A stretch of DNA of 64,000 nt from the human T2T-CHM13v2.0 reference genome, Homo sapiens. Shown piece by piece: positions 43,780 to 55,528 of this stretch. The stretch is taken from the NCBI RefSeq assembly GCF_009914755.1, contig NC_060928.1; one strand, written 5' to 3'. The notes below the pieces were generated by a model, which was given only the letters and a program-made list of their open reading frames with translations, did not search any database and had not been told where the DNA came from. A program made the position numbers and the translations under genes. Position 1 is the stretch's first letter, and each line of letters opens with the position of its first letter.

Positions 43780-44062
43780 CTTTCTCTCCTTATATAATAA
43801 CACGCTTCAGACCATCACCAAAGGGACCTTTTCACCTCTTCGGGCCATTCAAACTATGTATGTATAAGTGATTTGGATCACAGTTGATGACATTGTTTCC
43901 ACTCTGAATGTAAGAGTTGAGTCCATTGCAACTCATCTATAAAACTGTCCTGTATGTGTTTCCAAAGGCATTAGGCCCAGCACCCCTTTATTTGTGACTG
44001 CCATCTCAAGTGGCCAGTGGATTATCTCCATACCAACCCTATTGAGACCAGTGGTGCCTGTT
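43780..44062 (+). pseudogene. Degenerate unprocessed partial duplicate of SLIT2 exon 13 (3' part) + intron 13 + exon 14 (5' part)
   Basis: Ungapped match to 45506-45788 (offset 1726), 19 mismatches in 283 bp by manual count (~93%); TTG>TAG stop at 43972-43974. Confidence 0.95.
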
Positions 44063-44489
44063 AGGGATGGAGAAAAAGAATATTATTTAAAAAAATTGTC
44101 CTTCCTGAAGAGGGAGAAACTGTCATTGGACAAATAAGCAGGTCTGCATAAAACAGTTGACAAGACTGCATAGCATGGAATGACATTTTGAGGAACCCAG
44201 AGGGAGGAGTACTCTGTTGGGTGAAAGTTGAGTTCAGAAGATGGTTGAGGAAAGTAGAGAGCAGAGTACATGCTGAAGAATAAACCTAAGCTCACACACA
44301 GTCACATCACCGAGAATGATGTTTGCCAAAGTATAATCCATAAACTACAGTTCCACAGAATATTGATATAATACATAGGGGAAAAAGGAGTTTGTGGGGA
44401 ATTATGTTAAAAAGTTAAAGAGGTATTTATAATATAAGACTACAGCCTATACTAATGTACCATGTGACTCTCCAAGAGGGTTGTAAAGT

Positions 44490-45070
44490 ATTCATTCAAC
44501 AACTGATATTTATTGAGCTCCCAGTATGTGCTGGGCAGTCTGGGAAAGGAAGGGAAATGAAATAGACATATGGATGATTTACTGTGGGGGTAGGGAGGCA
44601 GGCATATAGATGACAGTCAGCAGTAACATAGTAAGTTGTGTAGCAGAAAAAAAATGTATATATTTTAGAAAATAGAAATAGATCAAAGTAAAAGGAATTG
44701 AGAGTGCTAGGGGTTGGGAAGGGGTCAAAGACAGCCTGCATGTATTAAGGAGAGGGGTGTGGGAGGCTGGATTGAGAAGGCAGTGTTAGAGCAGGCTTGA
44801 CATCTGGGAGATGAACATTTCAGACAAAGAATAGGAGAGCCTGGTGTGTTTAAGAAAGGCAAGGAGATCAGTGATTGGAGCTCAAACAGCCAGGAGGAGA
44901 GAACTGGGAAGATTGCAGAGTTCTGAAGAGTGGGCTACAGGTCAGGCTGTTGTGACGACTTAGGTTTCTGCTCAGAGCCAATTGGGAGCTGTCGCATGGT
45001 TCTGAGAAAGGGGTGACATGATCTATTCCATGTTTAGAAGGATCACACTAGCTACTGTTTTGAGAATAGC
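44490..45070 (-). mobile_element. L2 fragment
   Basis: attcattcaacaactgatatttattgagctcccagtatgtgctgggc (antisense L2 3' end) followed by purine-rich L2-like sequence. Confidence 0.6.
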
Positions 45071-45439
45071 CTGAACTACTTTTGCACAGATTAATGATGT
45101 CTTAGAGCATTTTTATGGTGTCCTTGCCAGTGGAGGCTGGGTCTCACCCACCTTTGTGTACTATCCCACCTTTGTATCTTCCAGAGGAAATGGTTAATAA
45201 TGTGTATTGAATACATGTATAAATACCACTAGATTTAGGTTCATTTGATCACATGACTTTTGTTATGTGGTAAAACCCCACATCTCTAGCCTCTAATTCC
45301 TAAATTATTAAAGTTAAAATGTTAGTGTTGAGGTGAAAAGAAATATATTTCTTGACTGGGTTTCCTTAAAAAGCACAAAATCTTGCAGGTGAGTTAATAA
45401 GATGCTACACTTTAATTCTACAACTATTTAATCAAACAG

Positions 45440-45583
45440 ATTATTGAATGCCAACAAGATAAACTGCCTTCGGGTAGATGCTTTTCAGGATCTCCACAAC
45501 TTGAACCTTCTCTCCCTATATGACAACAAGCTTCAGACCATCGCCAAGGGGACCTTTTCACCTCTTCGGGCCATTCAAACTAT
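45440..45583 (+). CDS. SLIT2: SLIT2 exon 13 (144 bp, two LRRs: [47 protein letters not shown])
   Basis: aaacag|ATTATTG...ACTAT|gtatgt; phase 2-2. Confidence 0.96.
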
Positions 45584-45693
45584 GTATGTATAAGTGATTT
45601 GGATCACTTTTGATGACATTGTTTCCTCTCTGAATGTAAGAGCTGAGTCCATTGCAAGTCATCTATAAAACTGTTCTGTATGTGTTTCCAAAG

Positions 45694-45857
45694 GCATTTG
45701 GCCCAGAACCCCTTTATTTGTGACTGCCATCTCAAGTGGCTAGCGGATTATCTCCATACCAACCCGATTGAGACCAGTGGTGCCCGTTGCACCAGCCCCC
45801 GCCGCCTGGCAAACAAAAGAATTGGACAGATCAAAAGCAAGAAATTCCGTTGTTCAG
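45694..45857 (+). CDS. SLIT2: SLIT2 exon 14 (164 bp, LRRCT of domain 2: [54 protein letters not shown])
   Basis: ccaaag|GCATTTG...TTCAG|gtaatt; NPFxCDC motif; ORF 45680..45916; preceded by 110-nt intron. Confidence 0.97.
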
Positions 45858-46828
45858 GTAATTTCTTCACGTGTTATTTCCCCTGTGACCAACAACAATG
45901 GTTACATGAGACCTAACAAAAGCAGCTGGCCTTCGGCTGATTAGTGAACACTGTAGAATCATATTTCTTTTTCTTCTGCCCATGAATAATAAAATAAAGA
46001 GGACTGTAGACCCAATTCAAATAATACTTCTATATGTAACATTTTAACACCATATACAGCAGAAGAAATAGGCAATTGACCAAGTTAAAAAGATGCCTAG
46101 ATACTTCATAGTACCTTTCCAAAATTCAAACTTAACCAGAGCCTTATAGCTAACTCAGAATACCTTTAAAGTATGTTAAGTCTCATGTTTGTTGAATTGA
46201 CCAGCCTCAAGTAATTAACTGTGTTTTCATTTCTTCAGAAAGTGAATTGAGACTTGGTTACATGATTTGTTTGGGCTCAGAAGTACAGGGGCGCCAGGAG
46301 GGACTCCAGATCCCTTGCTTCTTACTCTGAATGCACTTTCTCAGTTTGCATTCTCTTATTTTGCATACAACCGTGAGGATGCGTTTTTTCCAAAAGCTAT
46401 TTTTAAAAATATTGTGGGAATATTGCATTTATTTGTAAAAAGCTAAATATGAATGCATTGTATTGATATTAAATGAAAGGCTGCCATCATTCAAATTTAC
46501 TGTTTGCTTTGATCTAATATTTTCCTTTTTTATGATAGAATATTTTATGTCTTTTTGGTACTATGCTACCTAACTATTCCAGGCGTATTTCACATTCGGC
46601 AGTTAATTTCATACTAAAAAGCTAATATAAGAACCAAGCTGGTTATTGTCCATAATTATAGATGCATTTACTACTCACTGTACATTATTGTACTTCAGTC
46701 ACAGCTGTGAATATACATTTTTCACTTAATTGCAGTAACTTTAGTCCATTCTTAATCTAATATAACTCATATCTCTGCTTGCTGACATTCAGGTGCATCT
46801 TCTATTTTTTGTCTCTTTTTTTATTTAG

Positions 46829-46852
46829 CTAAAGAACAGTATTTCATTCCAG
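46829..46852 (+). CDS. SLIT2: SLIT2 exon 15 (24-nt alternatively spliced exon, AKEQYFIP)
   Basis: Long T-rich tract, atttag|CTAAAGAACAGTATTTCATTCCAG|gtaggt; phase 1-1; known alternative exon of SLIT2. Confidence 0.93.
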
Positions 46853-48979
46853 GTAGGTTTTGCTCGGTAGTAGGACTAACTACAGACACCCTTTCCTCAC
46901 CTTATAAAATATAGCTTCTAAAACTGATATGCATGCTTCTGAAAGTACAGTGGATACTCTATAGATAGATTGACTTATGCATATATCACTTGTAGCTGTT
47001 TCCTGAAATCCTGACCTTTGCATGCAGCTTCTGATGTTAAACATATATATTATTAAACTCCACCTTTTCTTCTCTTTCTTTTACTTTGGCGCATTATCTA
47101 AAATTTCTCACAGTAGCTAAAATGTTTGAAGCTATGGCTTTCTACTTAAATCATTTTCTCTCCTTACATTGTATATCTGATCTTCCAACCTGTTTTTAAA
47201 ATATAGCTAATTGAGCTGGTTTTAAAGACAGAGATCTTTCTGATGTCAAAGAGCTAGTTCTACATGAAATCAGTTACACACAGAATTTCATTTTCAATCA
47301 TGAAAATTACTTTTTTATAGATTCTTATATTTAAAAACTGTACTTATTGCTTTACTTTTGCTTCACTGTTTATAGAAAAACAGCAACTCCCTGCTGAATT
47401 ATATGCAGTTGTTTCTTATTTGTTTATGACTTTACATTCTTCTATATCCAGAATTACAATATAACTCCATAAAAAAGAATATTTATGTGTGATGTGAAAG
47501 CATCAGAAGTTCATGGGCACAAAATGCCTTGAATAATTTAGGCAGATGGATAAAATGTTTCTAAGAAAAGTAATCGCAATGTTTTACCACTTCAATCGTA
47601 ACACTATCAAGACTGATGATTCTAGAACTAGCTCTTTAAAATACGTTTCTTTACTTATTTTTCCTTGCCTGCCAATTGTGTAAAATGCCTCTTGACTTGT
47701 TTGTTTTAAACCATTATGTTAAGTATCGATTGGCCACATTCACCGTCTCTTGGGTATATTCTAGACTATAAAAAATTTTAAGAGCTATAGATTAAAAGAT
47801 ATTTCTACAGCGTTAGTGTACAGAGTTAGTCTAACTTTCCATATTTTCTTAAGAAGAACTCTGGGTTTAGTCTCTATTTTAAGGAGATATTTGTTAGCTT
47901 GCCATTATTGAATTACAATTTGTATAATTTTATGGATTTAGTAGATTTGGTGATATGACTTATTTTGAGCTTGAATGATCAATAGCATTGTATATTATTA
48001 TACTGGCTGCATAACAAGTAACATGTTGAAAAGAACAGTTGATTGGCCTTCATTGACAATGTTTAATATTAATTACTTTACCCAATTAAGTGGAAAGTAA
48101 TCTGATAGCTATTATTTAACCAGAAAAAGCCATATTCTAAACACCAGACTACCTATAGAATAAAACATTAATATGATTTAAATCCTAAAATTATGGCAGT
48201 AATGTAATTGGTATCAAATTATTCAAACTATTTCATTTAAATATACTTAATTAATAATTGGTAAGTTTAATATTTCCAATTCACTAAATAAAGAACAAAA
48301 GTCAGGTTGTTTTCATATATTCTGATATAGTTTTTCCCTGTTACTGACAGCAGCCAAAATAGGATTTGGAAATTATCTTTTATATCAAATATCATGTCTT
48401 AAGTTTCAATTTATGATAATTTAATTTACATTCTTTAAACATGATAATTGTAGAAGCCAGGACTCAAAAGGATCATTTGGGCTTCCTCCCCTTTTTTCCA
48501 AAAATTTTAATTAAAATTTGAGTCCACCTAACAAGCCACCATAAAATAAGCATTATTACTGTTCCGTTGAATGCAGATTATTTGAATTGCAAGATATCCA
48601 GTGTACCTGTCACTTAGACTTTGTGCACTCTTATTTCATTTTGGAGTGAAGCATAAATCATAAGACACCAGATCCTCAGTAAATATCATGGCATTAACTG
48701 CCAAATGTAATGAAACGATTATATTTACCATCGCAAACTTCTTATGAGATTCTGATTCCATTTCCACTAAGACACATTATTTATAAGTTGAAAAGTTCAT
48801 TAAAAAGTGTACATCACAACATAAGGATTAATCCAAATGTTGTAATGATTGTCCTTGAGGATCTCCATGATTAGTTTTTCATTCACTTTTACGTGTGTAC
48901 CTCGCTACTACCATTTTATATGGCACTCTACATATTACAGTGATAAAAGAAAATCTGTCTTGCAGAGAGTTCATCTTTT

Positions 48980-49266
48980 TTTTTTTGGAGATGGAGTCTC
49001 GCTGTCTCCCAGGCTGGAGTGCAGTGGCATGATCTCGGCTCACTGCAAGTTCCGCCTCCCGAGTTCATGCCATTCTCCTGCCTCAGCCTCACCGAGTAGC
49101 TGGGACTACAGGCGCCCGCAACCATGCCCAGCTAATTTTTTGTATTTTTACTGGAGATGGGTTTTCACCCGTCAGGTGAAATGGTCTTGACTTCCTGACC
49201 TTGTGATCCGCCCGCCTTGGCCTCCCGAAGTGCTAGTATTACAGGCGTGAGCCACCACACCCGGCC
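48980..49266 (-). mobile_element. Alu (AluY-like)
   Basis: TSD GAGAGTTCATCTTTT at 48965-48979 and 49269-49283. Confidence 0.93.
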
Positions 49267-49530
49267 TTGAGAGTTCATCTTTTAAAGGAATCAAGAACTT
49301 AATTTGCACTATGCATCTTTTATTACATTGGTTTTCTTGTGAGACCACCGTGCTTCAAAATATTATTTATAAAATTTTACAAAGCATGACAATTCCCATC
49401 ACATCATGCTATTTTTTCAATAATTCCCATAATAAAGAAAGAAGGAAGAGAGCTTAGTTTTATAAATATGTATATTAATCTTAATTGGGATTACTCTTTC
49501 TTTCCTTCTTGGTGATCTTTACTTTTGCAG

Positions 49531-49548
49531 GAATTCACCATTTTGGCT
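49531..49548 (+). other. Candidate unannotated 18-nt in-frame microexon (GIHHFGC)
   Basis: Pyrimidine tract + ttgcag|GAATTCACCATTTTGGCT|gtaagt; phase 1-1, no stop; no transcript evidence available. Confidence 0.4.
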
Positions 49549-49956
49549 GTAAGTAAAAGTGTCTGATCTGAAACATAATACCCTCCCTTTTCAATCCTGA
49601 TGTACCTTCTTCTAGTCTTGGTCTTTGGCACCTTTTTTTCAAGAAGAAACCACAGATCTTTTGAGCTTCTCTGTTGTCCTTGTAGCTCACCTTCAACTTC
49701 TTCCTGGATGTTGTTCCCGAAAGCTGTTGTTTCCATTCTGCAGTTCTGAGGAATGGTGGAGGCACCTTTTCCATATAGCCCCTTCTTTGTGTTTCCAGGA
49801 AATCATCGGTAGTAATACTCTTACTGTGGTCATAAACATTCTGCGGGAAGAATGCATGTCATGTAAACAGTATTACGTTTCCAGAACGTCTGTAGCTTTT
49901 CTCCTCCTTCCCTCCATTTTCCTCTTGGTCTTACCTTTGGCCTAGTGGTTGGTGTA

Positions 49957-50066
49957 GTGATAATGTAGCGAGATTTTCTGTTGTGCTTGATCTAACCATG
50001 TGGTTGCGAGGTATGAGTAAAACATGGTTCCGTCAAGCACCATGGAACGTCACGCAGCTTTCTACA
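49957..50066 (+). ncRNA. MIR218-1: miR-218-1 precursor hairpin (miR-218-5p at 49981-50001; miR-218-1-3p at ~50024-50045)
   Basis: Contains TTGTGCTTGATCTAACCATGT and the complementary arm ACATGGTTCCGTCAAGCAC; matches hsa-mir-218-1 as recalled; lies in SLIT2 intron 15. Confidence 0.97.
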
Positions 50067-50630
50067 GCATGACAAGCTGCTGAGGCTTAAATCAGGATTT
50101 TCCTGTCTCTTTCTACAAAATCAAAATGAAAAAAGAGGGCTTTTTAGGCATCTCCGAGATTATGTGAGAGGGAGAGAATAGTAAAAAGTCCATAGAAAAT
50201 TTAAAAGCCTGAGTATATCTATTTGCCTTGAAAGCCCTAATTTACAATGAGATATAGGATCATGTTTATTACTGGATATATTTTCAATTCTTGACTCCGA
50301 GAAAAAAAATAAACTTTTTAATAATTAATATCCATTGTGTGACTAGCTGTGAAGTAGGCTAGAATGACTCAGAATTGGATCAGCAGAAAGTACAGCTGTG
50401 AAAAGCTCAACTTTATTAATGTTTTCCTGTCATGTGAATCTGGTCACTCTTTTTTCCAGAAAATTCCAAGCCTTTCTTTTAACCTTTCTCCTGACATCCA
50501 TTGACCAAAATACCCCAAGTTGTCTCCCTGCTACATAATCTATAGTTATCTTACTTTTTTCTTCCTACAAACTAATAAATTTTCTAACCTTTAGACTCAG
50601 TATCTTTTTTTTGGTTTGAATTCTCAATAG

Positions 50631-50781
50631 GTACAGAAGATTATCGATCAAAATTAAGTGGAGACTGCTTTGCGGATCTGGCTTGCCCTGAAAAGTGTCG
50701 CTGTGAAGGAACCACAGTAGATTGCTCTAATCAAAAGCTCAACAAAATCCCGGAGCACATTCCCCAGTACACTGCAGAGTT
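50631..50781 (+). CDS. SLIT2: SLIT2 exon 16 (151 bp, LRRNT of domain 3: [50 protein letters not shown])
   Basis: caatag|GTACAG...GAGTT|gtaagt; CPxxCxC motif; phase 1-2. Confidence 0.96.
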
Positions 50782-51959
50782 GTAAGTTCATCCCCCAACA
50801 AAATTCTGGTTGGGATGGAGGGAATGAAAGCATTAAAGCATAAGAATGTTTGTCTTGCCATTTTTATTATTAATAATTGCATTAATTTTAATTAATATGC
50901 ATTACATTGGCATAACTCTATTTTGTACAAGAATATATTAGAGGCTACCTTCATTCATCTTTCTAGCCAACCATACGATTAAGTACAGAAACTAATTTAT
51001 CTCTCAAAATTCAGTAAGCACTTCATACTAATAACAATGATATTTATTTGATGCTTATTTATTGGGTATTATTTATTCCCAATTTGTTTTCTAAGTACTT
51101 AGTTTTTAACGTATTTAATTCTTATAGCAACTAAATAAAGTAGTTTGAGAGCCTCCATTTTCAATCTCTGTAAACTATCAATAGATTCAAGGAGTCTGTC
51201 TTACCTAATTTACTACTTCATTGACTTACGGGCAGAAGGATTCAGTGGTTATCAAGTATTAAAGTAGAAAGGATAGCTTTTTCTGAACAATGCAAGAAAA
51301 GCTGAAAAGGCAGAATATGATGGTATTTACACTTAACAGCCTTAACATAGGACCTTGCACATACTAAGTGCTAAGGTGTTTGTTGGAGCACTTACAGATT
51401 CTATGCCCATGCATGGTTTGCCTTTACTGACTTTATTTATAAGAAGAGGACCTTTAATGTTAGTGTTCTAACAATTCAGGGAAAAAACTAGCAAAACCTC
51501 ATCATTCTCTAAACATCTTAGCCATGTTTATATATAGCACCATCTGGTATTTGTCATTTACTGCTTTGCAAAGTTCGTTGTCTGTTTGTTTGTATATAAT
51601 CCTTCCATCTTTAACTAGATTATAGCTCCTTGATGACAGGGATTGTGTGTTATTGTTTATCTCTCACTGTGCCTATACTCATGCCTGTACTTAATTAATT
51701 TTTAGCAATTTGAATAACTAAAAATAAAGTAATGCCTTTCAAAGAGTTGACAGAAACCCACTATCTTGTAGTTATAGTGATTTTTTTTTTTTTTTACTCC
51801 TATTAGTTGATGAAGCTATTTCACAGCTCCAGGAATTTTAGAAATGCATGGAGTCCATGCAACCAAGGCCCTGAACTTTATTTTTTATAGACATATAGGG
51901 ATTTATGCTTATTACCTATAATACTACAAACAAGTGATACCTTCCAGCACAATAGTACT

Positions 51960-52266
51960 TTTTTTTTTTTTGAGACAGAGTCTCACTATCTCACCCAGGC
52001 AGGAGTGCAGTGGCACAATCACAGCTCCCTGTAGCCTTGGCCTCCTGGGCGCAAGGGATCCTCCCACCTCAGTCCCCCACCCCCATCTCCCCAAGAAGCT
52101 GGGACCTCAGGCATGCACCACCACACCCAGCTAATTTTGTACTTTTTGTAGAGATGGGATTTTGCCCTGTTGTCCAGGCTGGTCTTGAACTCCTGAGCTC
52201 AAGCAATCCTCCTGCCTCTGCCTCTCAAAGTGCCAGGGTTACAGGCATGAGACACTGCCCCTGGCC
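51960..52266 (-). mobile_element. Alu (AluJ-like)
   Basis: Diverged dimer; TSD TAG(T/C)ACTTT. Confidence 0.9.
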
Positions 52267-52395
52267 TAGCACTTTAAATAAGTTTGTTTGTCATGGAGGA
52301 ATTATAGTGGAAACTAGCCTCCAATTTAGACTTCAGCAAATGTGTGTAATGTAAGAGATTTATAATTTTTTTAATTATATAATAAAATCAGTACT

Positions 52396-53312
52396 GAGAA
52401 TAAAATATTTGCAAGTCATGTATCTAATAAGGCACATAATTCAGAATATTTACAGAACTCTTATAATTTAGATTAAAAGGTATTTTACTCAGCTAATGAA
52501 TGGTTAAATTATTCATATTGACCTTTCTCCAAAGAACATATACAAATGTCCAATAAACACATGAAAAACTGCTCAATATCATTAGTTATTAGGTACATTC
52601 CAATCAAAACCACAATGAGATACCATTTTAGACCCACTGGAATGGCTAAAAAAAAAAAACAAAAACAAAAAGGGAGAGTAACATAGTGGAAGAAATTGAA
52701 ACCCTCATACATTGCTGGTCTGAATGTAAAGCTTCTATGGAAATCTTTTTTGCTATTTCTCAAAGAGTTAATCACGATTTACCATGTGATCCAGCAATGC
52801 CCCTCCTATGTATATGTCCAAAAAACGACAACATATATCCAGGCAGAAACGTGCACACCATGTTCATAGCAGCATTATTTATAGCCATCAAAGAATGGAA
52901 GCAACACAAATGCCTCCTAACTGATAAATGGATAAACAAATGTGTCATGCCTGTGTAATGAAATATCATTCAGTCTTAAAAAATAATGAAGCACTGCCAT
53001 ATGCTACAACAGGAATAAGACATTACACAAAGCAAAAGAAGCCAGACAGAAAAGGCTACATCTTACATGATTCCATTTATGCAAAATGCCCAGAATAGGA
53101 AAATTAGTAAAAGCAAAAAGTAACCTAGTGGTTGCCAAGGACTGTGGGGGAACAGCCACCAGGAGTGACTGGTAGTAAGTATGGGGTTTCTTTTGGGGGT
53201 AATGAAAATGTTCTGGAATTAGATAGCAAAGATGGTTCCACAACTGAATTGTATGACTTTTAAAGGGTAAATGTTCTGGCATGTGGTTTGCATTCTAATA
53301 AAGCTGTAATTT
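52396..53312 (+). mobile_element. L1 fragment (old L1M-type ORF2 end + 3' UTR)
   Basis: caaaaccacaatgagataccat, tgttcatagcagcattattt, gataaatggataaacaaatgtg, terminal aataaagctg. Confidence 0.85.
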
Positions 53313-53668
53313 TTGTTCCAATTGTGAAGCAAACGATTAGGGAAAAAACAGTCTAGAAATCCTTTTTAGTGGGGACGATAGTGGAAAAAATTAGAGAAAA
53401 TTTGTTCTAGAGATTACTGAGAGCTGCTTTTGATCTTTGTGTTTTTTTTTTTTTTACTGTGTGCTTCCTAACATTTTATTTTGATGATTAAAATTTGAAT
53501 AAAATGAGAAAAAATATCAGTATGTTCCACAAATCTTCTGTGATTTATGTATTTCCTTTTATTTTCCTGGTATCATTAAATAATGTTAGAATTCATTTTG
53601 AGAAATCAAATTTAATCCTTTCCTAACTATTGGTAATAAAACTTCTCTATTCCTTCTTTTTTCTTCAG

Positions 53669-53743
53669 GCGTCTCAATAATAATGAATTTACCGTGTTGG
53701 AAGCCACAGGAATCTTTAAGAAACTTCCTCAATTACGTAAAAT
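53669..53743 (+). CDS. SLIT2: SLIT2 exon 17 (75 bp, LRR: [24 protein letters not shown])
   Basis: cttcag|GCGTCTC...AAAAT|gtaagt; phase 2-2. Confidence 0.96.
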
Positions 53744-55256
53744 GTAAGTCACTTGTTAGCTATTTTTTTTTATTTCTGTAGCATTTTTTGGGTGTTCATT
53801 TCAGTTAAGTTTCTTAGAAAATTAGAAAATACTAAAAATCCTGGGAAATTTCCCTATGATGATGACCTGTAACATGAATTTAGGGTAATCTCTGCAAGGG
53901 ACTTTTCTGTGTGTTCAGCAGTGTCAATCACATTTTCTGTAGCAGAGCCTAAGCATCTTACTTTAACTCAGACAGCTGGTCTGTTATGTGGCCACAGCAG
54001 GAATCCAGCAATCTAAGCACATTAAAATGGGTTCAGTAATGTTTTGTAACTTCCTTTACTATTCCCCAAACCATGCTGTTATTTTTTTTTCATGTCAACT
54101 ATTGGACTTTTTTGCTTCATTAAACTTTCATTAGAAGATAGTCAAAATTAATGATTGGTAAACTGGCTTGATAGCTCATCTGTGTTACTACATGTCCACA
54201 ACTCATATTTTAAAATAAGTTCATAAGCTCAGCAGTTTCAGCAACACTCAGTGGGTTACTCCATGCCCCTGGGGAGGTGTGACGGGGAGACAGGACATAG
54301 GTCAATAGCATGGGACCAATGGAGCGCCCTCACACATGCAGAAACATCAGCATCAGCTCACTTTAGCTGTGTGTCCATATATGTAACTGGCCCATAGTCA
54401 CATAGACTGTAAGTTACCGAACAGACTACTTGTACAGATGGCATCCATATTAGCCTACCTCCCAAATGGTTTCTGATATCTTAATTGCCCTCCTTTTTCA
54501 CTGTTATGAAATGTACTTTCTTTTTAGCTATAAGATGATTTCCCATGCAACAAATATTTATTAAGAAGCTACTGTGTGCAATTCTCTCAGAGAAATTAAA
54601 ATATGCATAAAAATGATCCTTGTTTGGGAGACACTCCTGGTCTTGGAGTGATCAGTGAGAAAGAGAAAGAAAAAGCCTATAAACAGTTGACCTCAACTAG
54701 ATACTCTTGCCTTCTGGCAAGCATTGTAGTAGTTGGTATCATACGTAATACTGACAGTTAATTTGGTTGTTTCAAGACATTATTACATGAGACATTCTTC
54801 TGGGAATAAACCCATATTCAAATACATTCCTGATGCTATATATAAAACACTAACACATTTTAGCCCATCTATCTCCACCTAGTTGCCTTCTTTTAGTCAT
54901 TAACATTTGACAATTTTAATCAGGGACTTTTTTTGAAAAGTTTCTTGTTAGGTTTTATAGATGGCATAAAGGTTTGTGTAACCCAATACCTGACCTCAAG
55001 AATTTTATACTCCTGGAGACCCTTGGAGAGTATGACATGAGTCACGCTGGCATTTTTTACCACAGACATTCCCTGTTAGTATTATTGTCCCTTTGTCTTG
55101 ATGGTGTAAGGAAGTGGAATCTTTTCAGAGCCCTGGCAGTGCTGGGCAGTGAAAAGTTGGAAAACTTGGATCATTAGAAGAAAATTATCAACTATGTTTC
55201 AATTCCCACCTTGTTAGAAATTATTTAAAACCTTTGTTCCAACAATTTTTATTTAG

Positions 55257-55400
55257 AAACTTTAGCAACAATAAGATCACAGATATTGAGGAGGGAGCAT
55301 TTGAAGGAGCATCTGGTGTAAATGAAATACTTCTTACGAGTAATCGTTTGGAAAATGTGCAGCATAAGATGTTCAAGGGATTGGAAAGCCTCAAAACTTT
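55257..55400 (+). CDS. SLIT2: SLIT2 exon 18 (144 bp, two LRRs: [47 protein letters not shown])
   Basis: atttag|AAACTTT...ACTTT|gtaagt; phase 2-2. Confidence 0.96.
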
Positions 55401-55528
55401 GTAAGTATTTGTACTTGCATTGCAGTTCTTCTACCAAAGGATTGCAGCTCATTGTTCATTATAATCCTGGGAGAGAGAAACACCTACTTTTACCCACCCC
55501 ACTCCCTCTATCTCTTTCACATTCTCTC

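Noticed and set aside
43780-44062. Interpretation as a processed pseudogene or as a true tandem alternative exon pair
   Set aside because: Retains the intron and lacks poly-A, so not processed; lacks the native exon-13 acceptor and exon-14 donor and has a stop codon
49491-49945. Overlapping ORFs upstream of miR-218-1 as pri-miRNA-encoded peptides
   Set aside because: No recognisable homology; the + strand ORF starts at a non-ATG codon; cannot be supported without Ribo-seq
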